This document shows, in pieces, positions 20,042-29,240 of a DNA stretch of 64,000 nucleotides. The DNA lies in the IMG/VR virus record IMGVR_UViG_3300031555_003397; one strand, 5' to 3'. Origin of the DNA: a virus. Taxonomy: Duplodnaviria; Heunggongvirae; Uroviricota; Caudoviricetes. The position numbers and the translations under genes are program-made. The notes beneath the pieces are model-generated. The model made no database searches. It saw only the letters and a program-made list of their open reading frames with translations, and was not told the origin of the DNA. Numbering within the stretch: the first letter of the stretch is position 1; every line of letters begins with the position of its first letter.

Positions 20042-20395
20042 TTAAAATTCAAATTCTTTGTAATTCTCACAAGCACCAAACTGGCGCAGACAGCGAACTT
20101 TTTCATCATCACAAGTCTTACAACAGATACACTTATCCAAACAGCATAACTTAATACGCTCTGGATTGGGAGATTCTTTAATCTGTTCCATATATCCATT
20201 AGGAGTCTGCTGACGAATATGTTGCATTACAAACTGAGGAATAGGCGCAGGATTGGTGCTAAAATCACATTTAAGACTATGCTCGCACATTGCACAAGTG
20301 CCAAATAGTTCTGCGCACTCACTGCAAAAGAACTTTCCATTACTCACCACTCTCGCGCCATTGCGCCCACATCGGACACATTTATGCGTTATCAT
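20042..20395 (-). CDS. Cys-rich zinc-finger protein
   Basis: Multiple CxxC pairs. Confidence 0.45.
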   Translation of the reverse strand: MITHKCVRCGRNGARVVSNGKFFCSECAELFGTCAMCEHSLKCDFSTNPAPIPQFVMQHIRQQTPNGYMEQIKESPNPERIKLCCLDKCICCKTCDDEKVRCLRQFGACENYKEFEF

Positions 20396-20727
20396 TCTTC
20401 ATCCTCCAGAAAGTAAGTCATATCTTGGCCGCTAGGGAAAAGACCATATTTATCAAAACCCTCAAGCAGCAAGCGCTTTAGGATATTTGCTTCTTCATCG
20501 GTAATCACTTCACAGCTAAAAGCTTCTTTGAAGTCTTTGCCAGATTCCCAATCAATCCATTCATTAGTACCAATGTACCATTCAAAGGAACGACCCTCGT
20601 CAATCTTCTTGGCTACTTCTTCAACAGTCTTAGCCCATTGAGTAAACTGGCCAGTAGACATAATAGAAAACCCTTCAATGTCCATCTCATCTGCCCAGTT
20701 ATCGGCAAGTTTAACAAGCCACTTCAT
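20392..20727 (-). CDS. Hypothetical protein
   Basis: ORF. Confidence 0.4.
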   Translation of the reverse strand: MKWLVKLADNWADEMDIEGFSIMSTGQFTQWAKTVEEVAKKIDEGRSFEWYIGTNEWIDWESGKDFKEAFSCEVITDEEANILKRLLLEGFDKYGLFPSGQDMTYFLEDEE

Positions 20728-21140
20728 ATTTCTTCAACGCTCCAATCCTTAATATCCATTCCATCCATGGTAACGACCCAATCTTCAACTTCTTCTTTGG
20801 TTTCTGCTACGACCGTTATATTAATACGATAAGCATGCTTTGTGGCACCTTGTGAGTACCAGACCTCATGACCAACCTCACCAGGCTCATTCCAAACAAC
20901 AGAAATAAGTTCGTCACAATCGGCACCAGCGGGAGCCGGCAGTTTCATGTATTGATGCTGAATATTGTTGAAAGCAAGAAAGGTCAAAACATCGTCTAAC
21001 GCCTTGCTTCCGTAGATTGGTGTATAATTTTCTGCGCCACCAAAGCCAGAAACAATATGCTCACCTAAAATCTCTAAAACTGCATCCTGAATACGAGGAT
21101 ATAAATCTTTGCTAAAATGCTTAATTACGCTTATATCCAA
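20724..21140 (-). CDS. Hypothetical protein
   Basis: ORF. Confidence 0.4.
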   Translation of the reverse strand: MDISVIKHFSKDLYPRIQDAVLEILGEHIVSGFGGAENYTPIYGSKALDDVLTFLAFNNIQHQYMKLPAPAGADCDELISVVWNEPGEVGHEVWYSQGATKHAYRINITVVAETKEEVEDWVVTMDGMDIKDWSVEEI

Positions 21141-21418
21141 TCTCCCTCTCTTTCATAATCTTCAAATGCTTCTTCCATGTATACATCATAGTCAATCTCT
21201 TGGAATCTTGCGCCGCAACCTTCATAAAATTCCTCACGAGCTTCTTCGTCAGTTATATCATCTATATGGTCTTGGATATGTTCTTCCGCATTTTCTGCAA
21301 TAAGAAGGTCGGCGAACTCATGGAGTCTGCTTTCATCGCCTTCTTTGATTCCACAGTAGCCAGTAAATTCTTCACCACAAAAAGGCGTATAAGCAATAAT
21401 ACGATAATACTTCTCCAT
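21131..21418 (-). CDS. Hypothetical acidic protein
   Basis: ORF. Confidence 0.4.
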   Translation of the reverse strand: MEKYYRIIAYTPFCGEEFTGYCGIKEGDESRLHEFADLLIAENAEEHIQDHIDDITDEEAREEFYEGCGARFQEIDYDVYMEEAFEDYEREGDWI

Positions 21419-21430
21419 GAGTTCCTCCTA

Positions 21431-21997
21431 TTAAGTAATTACGTCAATGTGACAGCTCTTCATAACTTCAAGTGCGGCCAGATGCTTATCAAGAGTGGTG
21501 CCGGCGCAACAGCTTGCATCAACAATGATACGAGTGTTGGGCATATAAGCCTTTACCAGTAACACATTAGAAATAACGCAAATATCAGTGCAGAAACCCA
21601 TAAAGGTAATATCTGTAATGTCTTCTTCATACTTCTTCAAAACTTCAGCCAACTTAACAGAACCAAAAGTCTCTTTGAGGATACGACTGTGAATAACTTC
21701 TTTATCAGAGTAAAGCAAGAAGTTACAGTAACCATCAGCCAGAGAAGAAATCTCCTTTACAAGACTCCATCCCTTGGTGCCACGAACACAATGAGAAACG
21801 GGAAGATGCTCACCTTCGATGGTTTTATCGTAATTTTCATCATGAGTGTCTTTAGTAAACAGAATCAGAGTATCACCAGCATCAGCGTAATTTTTGATAC
21901 GGCTTTTCATATGAGGAATAATAGACTGGGCAGTAACACTACCCAAAGAGCCACTCACAAAATCATTCTGCACATCAACAACAACTAGAACTCTCAT
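21431..21997 (-). CDS. pncA: Nicotinamidase / isochorismatase-family hydrolase (PncA-like)
   Basis: VVDVQNDF motif, catalytic K, and C in FMGFCTDICV. Confidence 0.6.
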   Translation of the reverse strand: MRVLVVVDVQNDFVSGSLGSVTAQSIIPHMKSRIKNYADAGDTLILFTKDTHDENYDKTIEGEHLPVSHCVRGTKGWSLVKEISSLADGYCNFLLYSDKEVIHSRILKETFGSVKLAEVLKKYEEDITDITFMGFCTDICVISNVLLVKAYMPNTRIIVDASCCAGTTLDKHLAALEVMKSCHIDVIT

Positions 21998-22254
21998 TCT
22001 TCGTCCTCCCCATAATGAGTCTTTAGATAAGATTTCTTAAATGCTTCGGCAACTTCTTTGTTTTCAGTGGAGATTAAACCACAAGTATCACCAATGCAGG
22101 TAATTTTTACAGAAATCAAATCAGCCCTAAAATAATCAGCAACTAAAAACATTGCCTTGTTAAAATCTTCCGCTACAAGGAATCCATGTTGCTCACGCTC
22201 TTCATATTTTTCATCCTCACAAATATAGCGGGCGCTGAAATAGAAAATATCCAT
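21994..22254 (-). CDS. Hypothetical protein
   Basis: ORF. Confidence 0.4.
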   Translation of the reverse strand: MDIFYFSARYICEDEKYEEREQHGFLVAEDFNKAMFLVADYFRADLISVKITCIGDTCGLISTENKEVAEAFKKSYLKTHYGEDEE

Positions 22255-22269
22255 TTAATATTTCCTCCT

Positions 22270-22310
22270 CTCATTTATAGATATATTATATCATAAATTT
22301 TAAGAAAAAT
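22270..22310 (-). promoter_or_regulatory. Conserved promoter copy
   Basis: Same motif. Confidence 0.45.
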
Positions 22311-22325
22311 CAAAAAAGAAGAGTC

Positions 22326-22547
22326 TTATTCAGACTCTTCTAAAAGCTTTTTAATTTCTTTCCAGTCTTTAATTGCAAAGAACAAGTCACCACAAAAACA
22401 TATCACATCGCAAACAAATAGGCCCCAAAAGCCTTCACCTTGAATGACAATAGGTAAATAAGTTAAACCCAAGGAAAACATTGCAGTTGCCATACCTACG
22501 TTTGTGGCAAAATTTTGAATACGCTTTTTTAACTTCGTTTTATCCAT
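22326..22547 (-). CDS. Small membrane protein
   Basis: Two hydrophobic helices. Confidence 0.4.
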   Translation of the reverse strand: MDKTKLKKRIQNFATNVGMATAMFSLGLTYLPIVIQGEGFWGLFVCDVICFCGDLFFAIKDWKEIKKLLEESE

Positions 22548-22557
22548 TAGTTTCTCC

Positions 22558-23049
22558 TTACAGTTCTACATAAACTGTATTTTTATTTTTATCAGAACAA
22601 ATCTGACAAACCCTATCCCATTCGGCGCAGTCACCAGCTTCAAGCGGATTCTCCCATTTATACATCTTTTCGCGCATTGTCACTTCGGGAATAGTACGTC
22701 TGCGCTTGCTGACGCGATCCATACAAACGTTGAAATCTTCCTCAATAAACAACAGAAGATGTACATCAAAGTTAGGGAACCATTCAATCCACTGATTTCT
22801 CTGAGCATAAGTGAGATTATCACTATCAATCAGAACATCGCGCCCATTCATTTCGGCAATATGAATATCTCTAAACATCGCCATCCAAATCTCAAAAGGA
22901 TGACTTCTGTCACGGTCATCACCATTAATGCGCTCATAATACACATCTGGACTGATATATAAAAAGTCTGGATTCATCGCCATAAACTCCAGCGCCCATG
23001 TCGTTTTTCCACTTCCAGGCATACCAGCCAAACAAATCATCTGACTCAT
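22558..23049 (-). CDS. Polynucleotide 5-prime-kinase (T4 Pnk kinase-domain-like)
   Basis: MICLAGMPGSGKTTWALEFMAMNPDF aligns with the T4 Pnk N-terminus [26 protein letters not shown]. Confidence 0.65.
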   Translation of the reverse strand: MSQMICLAGMPGSGKTTWALEFMAMNPDFLYISPDVYYERINGDDRDRSHPFEIWMAMFRDIHIAEMNGRDVLIDSDNLTYAQRNQWIEWFPNFDVHLLLFIEEDFNVCMDRVSKRRRTIPEVTMREKMYKWENPLEAGDCAEWDRVCQICSDKNKNTVYVEL

Positions 23050-23441
23050 TTTACTTTCCTCACATTCTTATTATATTCACGCCAAGCATCATAATTACGA
23101 GTTTTTGCTAAAGGCTCGTTCCAAACATCTAAATGATTCACAATAAACCAATTCATTCTATCCCAAATACGCCAACCATTACCAAAACTTCCTCGCCAAT
23201 GATTGACTGTTTCTGCCTGTACCCAATAGCGCCCAGTACATTTATCAATAAATTTAAGATGAACAAAGTATTCTGCGCCACTCTTATCTTCATATACGTA
23301 CCACTGAGGTGATTCAACCTGTTTGACACAAAAACGACCAAGCCAAAGGTCATCTTTCTCAATTGATTTATTTGTTTCACGCACAAGCCGATTTATTTCG
23401 CGCTGATGGCGTTTTTTATTCATAGATGTAAGCCATCTCAT
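23046..23441 (-). CDS. Hypothetical protein
   Basis: ORF. Confidence 0.4.
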   Translation of the reverse strand: MRWLTSMNKKRHQREINRLVRETNKSIEKDDLWLGRFCVKQVESPQWYVYEDKSGAEYFVHLKFIDKCTGRYWVQAETVNHWRGSFGNGWRIWDRMNWFIVNHLDVWNEPLAKTRNYDAWREYNKNVRKVK

Positions 23442-23647
23442 TCCACATCCTCCTCAGTATAAGGGAAAATAAAAGCAATTGGCATCTTATACATTTGCAT
23501 TTTATCACAAAGCATTTCTTGTGCTTCTGCAAAGCTATCTGCGCCAACTCTTACTTTACAAAAAATTTCTTCTATTTTCTTTCGCTTAAAGAAAATACCA
23601 CTTTCATCTTCCTTTAAGCGAATAGCAAAACCCATATAATGTTTCAT
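23438..23647 (-). CDS. Hypothetical protein
   Basis: ORF. Confidence 0.35.
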   Translation of the reverse strand: MKHYMGFAIRLKEDESGIFFKRKKIEEIFCKVRVGADSFAEAQEMLCDKMQMYKMPIAFIFPYTEEDVE

Positions 23648-23732
23648 CAGAAAATCACCATTTCCTTCCTCTTCTGATTTATAAATATATTATAACACAA
23701 AATTTCATAAAAAGCAAAATTGAGGAGTATAT

Positions 23733-24506
23733 TTACTCCTCAATTCCCATATAAAAGTTTTGACTTGTAAATAACCACCAATCTAATTCACCAGTTTTAT
23801 CATACTTGTCCCACCGAGCAATAATAGCTTCTACATCTTCATATTCTTGATAAAATTGTTCTACATAAGGCCGCTCAATCCGGTCTGCATGATAATGACC
23901 AAATAAATAATATTTCCAATTGACTTTATCTTTTAATTCATCAAGCCATATTTCCATAGATTTATCTACGGTAGACTGGTCAATACCATTGAGAAACAAG
24001 TCAGTAGGTTCCCAAGAGAGTGGGCAAGTGTGAGAAAGAATAAAATCAACGGATTCGCCCTGGACTTCTTTCATAATAGCGTTCATTTCTGCGACAGTTA
24101 GACATTCATCCTTAAACCAACCACATTTCTTTGGGTCTGCAGTATCTGCTTCATCCTGAGAATAACCAGCCCGCGCAAGCCGATACCACTTGTCGATAGA
24201 ATAAGCGCCACCAACCACCAAGGTAGAGTAACCACATAAGTTATAAATTTTGCCATCAATAAAATACCGAATATTGGGGAAAACCTCTTCCATCCACACA
24301 GCATTATCAACATTTATATCTTCAATTTGAATCATATTTTTAACAAGTTCTGGCCGCTGTTCATGGTTGCCCCGGACACAATAAATATGATAACCCATAG
24401 AATTAAGAAGTTTTTTATATTTTTTATCAGTATTATTCAACCAAAAATTCAAACCACTATCACCAAGAATTACAACCATGGTTTCCTCTGGTTTATATTC
24501 AGGCAT
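23733..24506 (-). CDS. Calcineurin-like metallophosphoesterase
   Basis: GDSG...GNHE...GHYH motifs. Confidence 0.55.
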   Translation of the reverse strand: MPEYKPEETMVVILGDSGLNFWLNNTDKKYKKLLNSMGYHIYCVRGNHEQRPELVKNMIQIEDINVDNAVWMEEVFPNIRYFIDGKIYNLCGYSTLVVGGAYSIDKWYRLARAGYSQDEADTADPKKCGWFKDECLTVAEMNAIMKEVQGESVDFILSHTCPLSWEPTDLFLNGIDQSTVDKSMEIWLDELKDKVNWKYYLFGHYHADRIERPYVEQFYQEYEDVEAIIARWDKYDKTGELDWWLFTSQNFYMGIEE

Positions 24507-24597
24507 ATTCCGCTGAATATTACCAATCCGGCTAATAGTTGCTACACCGCCATGAGTATCACTAACCTGTGATTAAACAATTCTTAATCACACTCAA

Positions 24598-25377
24598 TCA
24601 CCTTACCCTTTCCAGAAGATACTTATCACCCATAATATCTTCCAATGTAATTTTATTTAATTTTGTATAAGGTATACGAACAAGCGGATAACCCTTGTCT
24701 GCACAAAAATCATTCTTTATTTTATCTCTTTCTTGAATAGCTTCTAACGAATCACTATTACTCCACCAAGCTTCTGGTCCAACAAAATGTTGACGTCCAT
24801 CGAATTCAATAAATCTAACTGGATTTTCAAATTTATCATCGTAGATAATAAAATCAAAACGAAGTCTTTTGCCAGTTTCTTTAACCAGTTCTGGCAATGG
24901 GCTATCATAGTAATAATTTATATTATTACTATCTAATATTTGCTATATTTGATATTCGCCAAGTGATGATATGCATTTTCCACAAGACTAGGTCTATCCT
25001 TGTTTCAAAGAATTACCCATTACTTCTTTTGTTTCACCACAATCACATTGACATTTATACCAACGACGATTGTGCCCAGGTATCTACTATTTAAATCCAA
25101 TGTCTTCAACTACAACAAGTTTACCAAAGCGGGTCCCCGGCTAAATTTTGTTATTTTCTGACTACTCATAATTAAAATTAATTAAGCCTATACTTTTTCT
25201 ACAACCACAAGATTTGGTATTACCACTTGTTAAAGAACCAATTGGAATCTTTACGATATTACCACAGCTACACTTACATTCCCATAAATACTAACTACCT
25301 TTTTTCTCTTCTAGACGTCTTAAAGCAGTAAGCCATCCAAAAACTTGATTACTTATATCTTTCGGTTTACCGGCCAT
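24598..25377 (-). CDS. Vsr/DUF559-like PD-(D/E)XK endonuclease with N-terminal Cys clusters; several in-frame TAG (including tandem TAG TAG)
   Basis: C-terminus RFDFIIYDD..RFIEFDGRQHF. Upstream frame MAGKPKDISNQ... is broken only by TAG. The frame join is uncertain. Confidence 0.35.
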
Positions 25378-25478
25378 TTTATTTACCTCCATTTTAATCT
25401 GAATATAAGTAAATAAAATCATAACAGACTTTATATTTTTAAGTCACCAGTTATATTTTTATAATCAAAAATGCTTAA

Positions 25479-26264
25479 TCATCTTTTACTCCTATACTCC
25501 ATGATTTCATAATCAAGACTTGCTGCCATAAAATCCTTTGAAATCTTATCAATTAGTACGCCAGTTTTTTCATTAATTACGTCTTCTGTCTTGGCTAAAT
25601 ACCTATCAACTAAAAGATTAATAGCCTCAATGCTATCGCGCATCATACGCATACCAGTTTCTTTATCTTCTGGCGCAACAAACTCACCATATTTAACTCT
25701 CTTTAAGAAGTCAGCTTCGTCTGATACAAGAATATCTTCGTAGAACTTGCAAAGTAAATAATCCTGCGCCATTTTAGTAAGGCGGAAGATTAAAGCAAGA
25801 CTTTTTGTATTGAAGCCTTTCTTTTCGACATTGTAATATTCCTTATTTGCCATATGGCGCATTGTATCGATTGCTCTATGCGGACGATAATGCGCCACAT
25901 CCTCTCGATGGCTCCACAGATAATACCAAATTCCGGCATAGGTGTTATTTCGCACACAATACTTGGTAAAAAGAATCTCAAGGTCATTAGGATTCTGCTT
26001 CTTAACAAGTCTTAAAAACTCTCGAATATCAATCACTTTCAAATGTTCACCATTATCAAAGTGATATTCAAAATTAACAGCTTTCTTATTCAGCGCGACC
26101 TCTTCAAAAGAAGGAATCACCAGACATTTTGTGTCAACATCAGAGCTGGGGCTATCCATACCATAGTTCTGGCTACCATAAAGAAAAACGCCAACAATGC
26201 GGTCTTCTGGCACAAGTGTCTTGGCAACTTCATAATGTTCGCGCACTCTAGTCATGACGTCCAT
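25479..26264 (-). CDS. Pol-beta-type nucleotidyltransferase
   Basis: GS...DVD motif (LYGSQNYGMDSPSSDVD). Confidence 0.5.
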   Translation of the reverse strand: MDVMTRVREHYEVAKTLVPEDRIVGVFLYGSQNYGMDSPSSDVDTKCLVIPSFEEVALNKKAVNFEYHFDNGEHLKVIDIREFLRLVKKQNPNDLEILFTKYCVRNNTYAGIWYYLWSHREDVAHYRPHRAIDTMRHMANKEYYNVEKKGFNTKSLALIFRLTKMAQDYLLCKFYEDILVSDEADFLKRVKYGEFVAPEDKETGMRMMRDSIEAINLLVDRYLAKTEDVINEKTGVLIDKISKDFMAASLDYEIMEYRSKR

Positions 26265-26467
26265 GTTATAGATTCTCCTTTCGTATTTCTAGCTTTTATA
26301 CCGAAACAAACTTTAAACATCCAAATTTGGAATCTATTAAGAGGTTTGTTTCGGTAATAGTTAATTGAAAAATTAGTATGATCTTCAGTGCCGAAATCTA
26401 ATGTTACATTAGGTGTCGGCGGCTAATAAATATAAGCATATCCATTTTCTAAAAACATTCGTTCTCC

Positions 26468-27202
26468 TCAACCAGCCTGCCAATAGTTAGTGTCATTACC
26501 CTTTTCCCAGGTATCACGTAGGGTAATCTGCTTAGTAGACCAGTTCATATAAATATATTCAATTCCTACGGGTCGATAACCACTATGCCAAGTTTCAAGT
26601 TCCTTCATGGCAATATCATAAAGATTGGTTAGAATAGGATTATCGTCGCTATATCCTACCCACTGAGAAGGCTGCTGACAAACTTCCTTAACTGAGCCTG
26701 GATAACCAACGCTGTCAACACGATTCAAAGCACACCATATTGCTGTACGTTGGTCTCGCTCAGAATTATTTCGAGCGGTGCCATATAACATTTTGGCAAG
26801 ATACTCTGCTTCTTGCCGAAGCAGTTCTTCGGGAGTAAGATTCTCGTATTCGGCGCGAAGTGCTTGAATTTCTTCTCTATGAGTATCACTCATTTGCAGG
26901 ATGGTAGCTTCATATTCGCCAGATACTTCAGCAATCTCCGCTTCCAGTCTGATATCATAATTATTCTTATCCACCACGAACTGATGAATACGACCACAAC
27001 CAAAACATAACAGACAAATCAAAATACCTAGAGCAATCTGATAATAGCGATTCTTCTTCACTGCGCGCCGGAAGCGGGTGATTCTACGGCGGAAGGGAAT
27101 TTTCTTGGGTTTCTTGGGTTTCTTAACCTCGGTCAATTGTGCAGGTGCGGGAGTTTTAGTAAATTTGCCTTCATAATTGCTGCTCATAAAATCTCCTTCC
27201 AA
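26468..27202 (-). CDS. Membrane-anchored cell-wall hydrolase (SleB/Hydrolase_2-like)
   Basis: N-terminal TM helix, then ..AIWCALNRVDSVGYPGSVKEVCQQPSQWVGY. Confidence 0.5.
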   Translation of the reverse strand: MEGDFMSSNYEGKFTKTPAPAQLTEVKKPKKPKKIPFRRRITRFRRAVKKNRYYQIALGILICLLCFGCGRIHQFVVDKNNYDIRLEAEIAEVSGEYEATILQMSDTHREEIQALRAEYENLTPEELLRQEAEYLAKMLYGTARNNSERDQRTAIWCALNRVDSVGYPGSVKEVCQQPSQWVGYSDDNPILTNLYDIAMKELETWHSGYRPVGIEYIYMNWSTKQITLRDTWEKGNDTNYWQAG

Positions 27203-27510
27203 CCATTGCGCTGAATTATAGCGCGCATTCTCTCTCTTGCTACAGGGTTTGATGTATGAATATGAATACCAAAAGGAATGGGAATCTGCAAGCTCTCAAG
27301 CCAATCAAGAACTTCATAGCCTTCCATGCGTCCTTCACCAAGGTCATTATCAAGGCTAATATATTCAATCTCTTCTAAGGAGAAAAGATTAATAAAACGC
27401 CGTAAAATACTAATTACATCTTCAGCAGTATCATACCAAATGCAATCAGGAGTTTTCATCCATTCGGGAATAGGTCGAATATCATCCAACCAAATTCTAT
27501 ATTTCTTCAT
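27184..27510 (-). CDS. Hypothetical protein
   Basis: ORF. Confidence 0.4.
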   Translation of the reverse strand: MKKYRIWLDDIRPIPEWMKTPDCIWYDTAEDVISILRRFINLFSLEEIEYISLDNDLGEGRMEGYEVLDWLESLQIPIPFGIHIHTSNPVARERMRAIIQRNGWKEIL

Positions 27511-27525
27511 CTTTTCCCACCTTTC

Positions 27526-27813
27526 TTAATACCATTCACCATCAAAACACATATCTTCATCATTATCCTTGATATAACATCCAGGAAAATCTGCCTTAAT
27601 CATAGCCCAAAAGCCATAAGCATCATTCCAATCTCGTGCGGGATAAGTATTGTACTTTTCCTCTTTATCATCAAAGAAGTAAGCACCAAAATAAACAACC
27701 TCATATCTGCTCATAGCTTTCCATTCCTTTCTTGTATCTTTTAAAAATACACTTCTCGCCATCAATACGACCATATCGATAGCCTTTGGTGGATAGATAC
27801 TTATAATAAGCAT
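27526..27813 (-). CDS. Hypothetical protein
   Basis: ORF. Overlaps the next gene by about 110 nt, so one of the two starts may be wrong. Confidence 0.3.
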   Translation of the reverse strand: MLIISIYPPKAIDMVVLMARSVFLKDTRKEWKAMSRYEVVYFGAYFFDDKEEKYNTYPARDWNDAYGFWAMIKADFPGCYIKDNDEDMCFDGEWY

Positions 27814-28147
27814 CGCGCCGTCTATTGTCTAGCCAAGTGCAATAAATAATTAAATCATACTTCCAATTATATTCATCCAACACTTTCCATACTAGATACT
27901 TAAAAGCCTTACGAACTACAAAGAAAGTCTGTAATGGATTTTCTCCAGTCATCTTGACTTCTGCTTCATTGCTATTAATTTGATTACGCTTGTTGTATAA
28001 GGTGAGATAAACATTGAAGAAGATTGTATCCTCATTCCAATCATACATCTGGAAGACCAGTTTAACAGTTTGATTGCCAATACGTTCTTTAATAAAATAT
28101 TCATCATTTTCACTATCATACTGAACTACCATTTTCTCACCTCTCAT
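27701..28147 (-). CDS. Hypothetical protein
   Basis: Consensus promoter plus RBS gagaggtgag, then ATG 28147. Confidence 0.45.
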   Translation of the reverse strand: MRGEKMVVQYDSENDEYFIKERIGNQTVKLVFQMYDWNEDTIFFNVYLTLYNKRNQINSNEAEVKMTGENPLQTFFVVRKAFKYLVWKVLDEYNWKYDLIIYCTWLDNRRRDAYYKYLSTKGYRYGRIDGEKCIFKRYKKGMESYEQI

Positions 28148-28197
28148 TTATAGATATATTATATCATAAATTTTCAAAAAAATCAAAAAAGAGGAGC
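28148..28197 (-). promoter_or_regulatory. Conserved middle/late promoter (minus strand TTGATTTTTTTGAAAATTTATGATATAATATA)
   Basis: Type example of an approximately 20-copy family (plus-strand signature TATATTATATCATAAATTTTCAAAAA). The -35 is TTGATT, then a 17-bp spacer, then TATAAT. Confidence 0.55.
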
Positions 28198-28210
28198 TTA
28201 ATGCTCCTCC
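28184..28210 (-). terminator. Rho-independent terminator hairpin
   Basis: GGAGGAGCATTAAGCTCCTC plus TTTTTT on the minus strand. Confidence 0.5.
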
Positions 28211-28479
28211 TTTGTTGTATTATTTTCTGTTCTGATTTGCATTTCTTTTATAACCGTGTTTCTAATTTCATTATAGGGCATATTAGAACTATCAATTAAA
28301 ATCGGCATATTGATATGATATAAATTTACTGTGCCACCGACTTCTTTTGCTCCAGTTGAAAAAGCTTCAAATAATTCACCACTTGCTACGCGGTCATTTA
28401 TTACGAAATATGGACACTCTGTTTTTTCTTTACAAAACATAGCTTGTCCTAAAAATTGGTGACTAATTTTATCAACCAA
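28198..28479 (-). CDS. Hypothetical protein
   Basis: ORF. Terminator hairpin at 28184-28210. Confidence 0.4.
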   Translation of the reverse strand: MVDKISHQFLGQAMFCKEKTECPYFVINDRVASGELFEAFSTGAKEVGGTVNLYHINMPILIDSSNMPYNEIRNTVIKEMQIRTENNTTKEEH

Positions 28480-28495
28480 ATCAACAACCTAGAAG

Positions 28496-28834
28496 TTACG
28501 TTCCATTTTCTTCCTCCTTTACTTTATAGCAATGAAAATCTTTACAATAATGCAAGCCTCGTGCCAAAGATTGATGATGTTCATCTGAATGTAATTTACA
28601 TCCCTCTACAACAACTTTTATTCGTTCTTTGTTTTGCTCTAAGTAATAATACTTAGAATGAATACAAAAATCACAATGTGGGTAACAATCTTTACAACAT
28701 GTCACCATAGGGATTATCCTCCTTGGCAAGAATGTCAATTGCCATCTTGACTGCGCCAAGTTTGATGCCATCGTTGAAAGAGGTCTGAACCATATGACCT
28801 TCGTGCAATTCCCAAATGTCATACATTTCATCAT
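28496..28834 (-). CDS. Cys/His-rich protein
   Basis: ORF. Confidence 0.4.
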   Translation of the reverse strand: MMKCMTFGNCTKVIWFRPLSTMASNLAQSRWQLTFLPRRIIPMVTCCKDCYPHCDFCIHSKYYYLEQNKERIKVVVEGCKLHSDEHHQSLARGLHYCKDFHCYKVKEEENGT

Positions 28835-29177
28835 CGATTATAACGTAAGAACTTACGTCATAGCCGGTACTTTCAAGCCACTCTTTGATTTCTTCACCAC
28901 GATGAGAATCGCGCCGACTGGGTGTATAGTCAAGGAAATACAAATCTTGCTTTGCAAACTCTTCACGTAAATAATCCCAGTCTTTACCGTTGAGCAAGTT
29001 GAAGGCCCAATCTTTTCGCCAAGTAGAAGAAAGCACAATCTTCGCGCCGGTGGCATCAACAATTTCTTTGATACGAGCAATCAAGCGCTGCTCAACACCA
29101 ATAACTTTACTAGGTGCGCGCTCTTTGGTGCCCCAGCAATTTACAACACCATCAATATCCAAAAAAATAACTTTCAT
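28692..29177 (-). CDS. HAD-superfamily phosphatase
   Basis: FLDIDGVVN motif I. Confidence 0.5.
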   Translation of the reverse strand: MKVIFLDIDGVVNCWGTKERAPSKVIGVEQRLIARIKEIVDATGAKIVLSSTWRKDWAFNLLNGKDWDYLREEFAKQDLYFLDYTPSRRDSHRGEEIKEWLESTGYDVSSYVIIDDEMYDIWELHEGHMVQTSFNDGIKLGAVKMAIDILAKEDNPYGDML

Positions 29178-29240
29178 TGTTAATCAGTCCTTTTAAGTTT
29201 ATATAAATATTATATCATGAGTTTTTTGATTTTTCAAATT

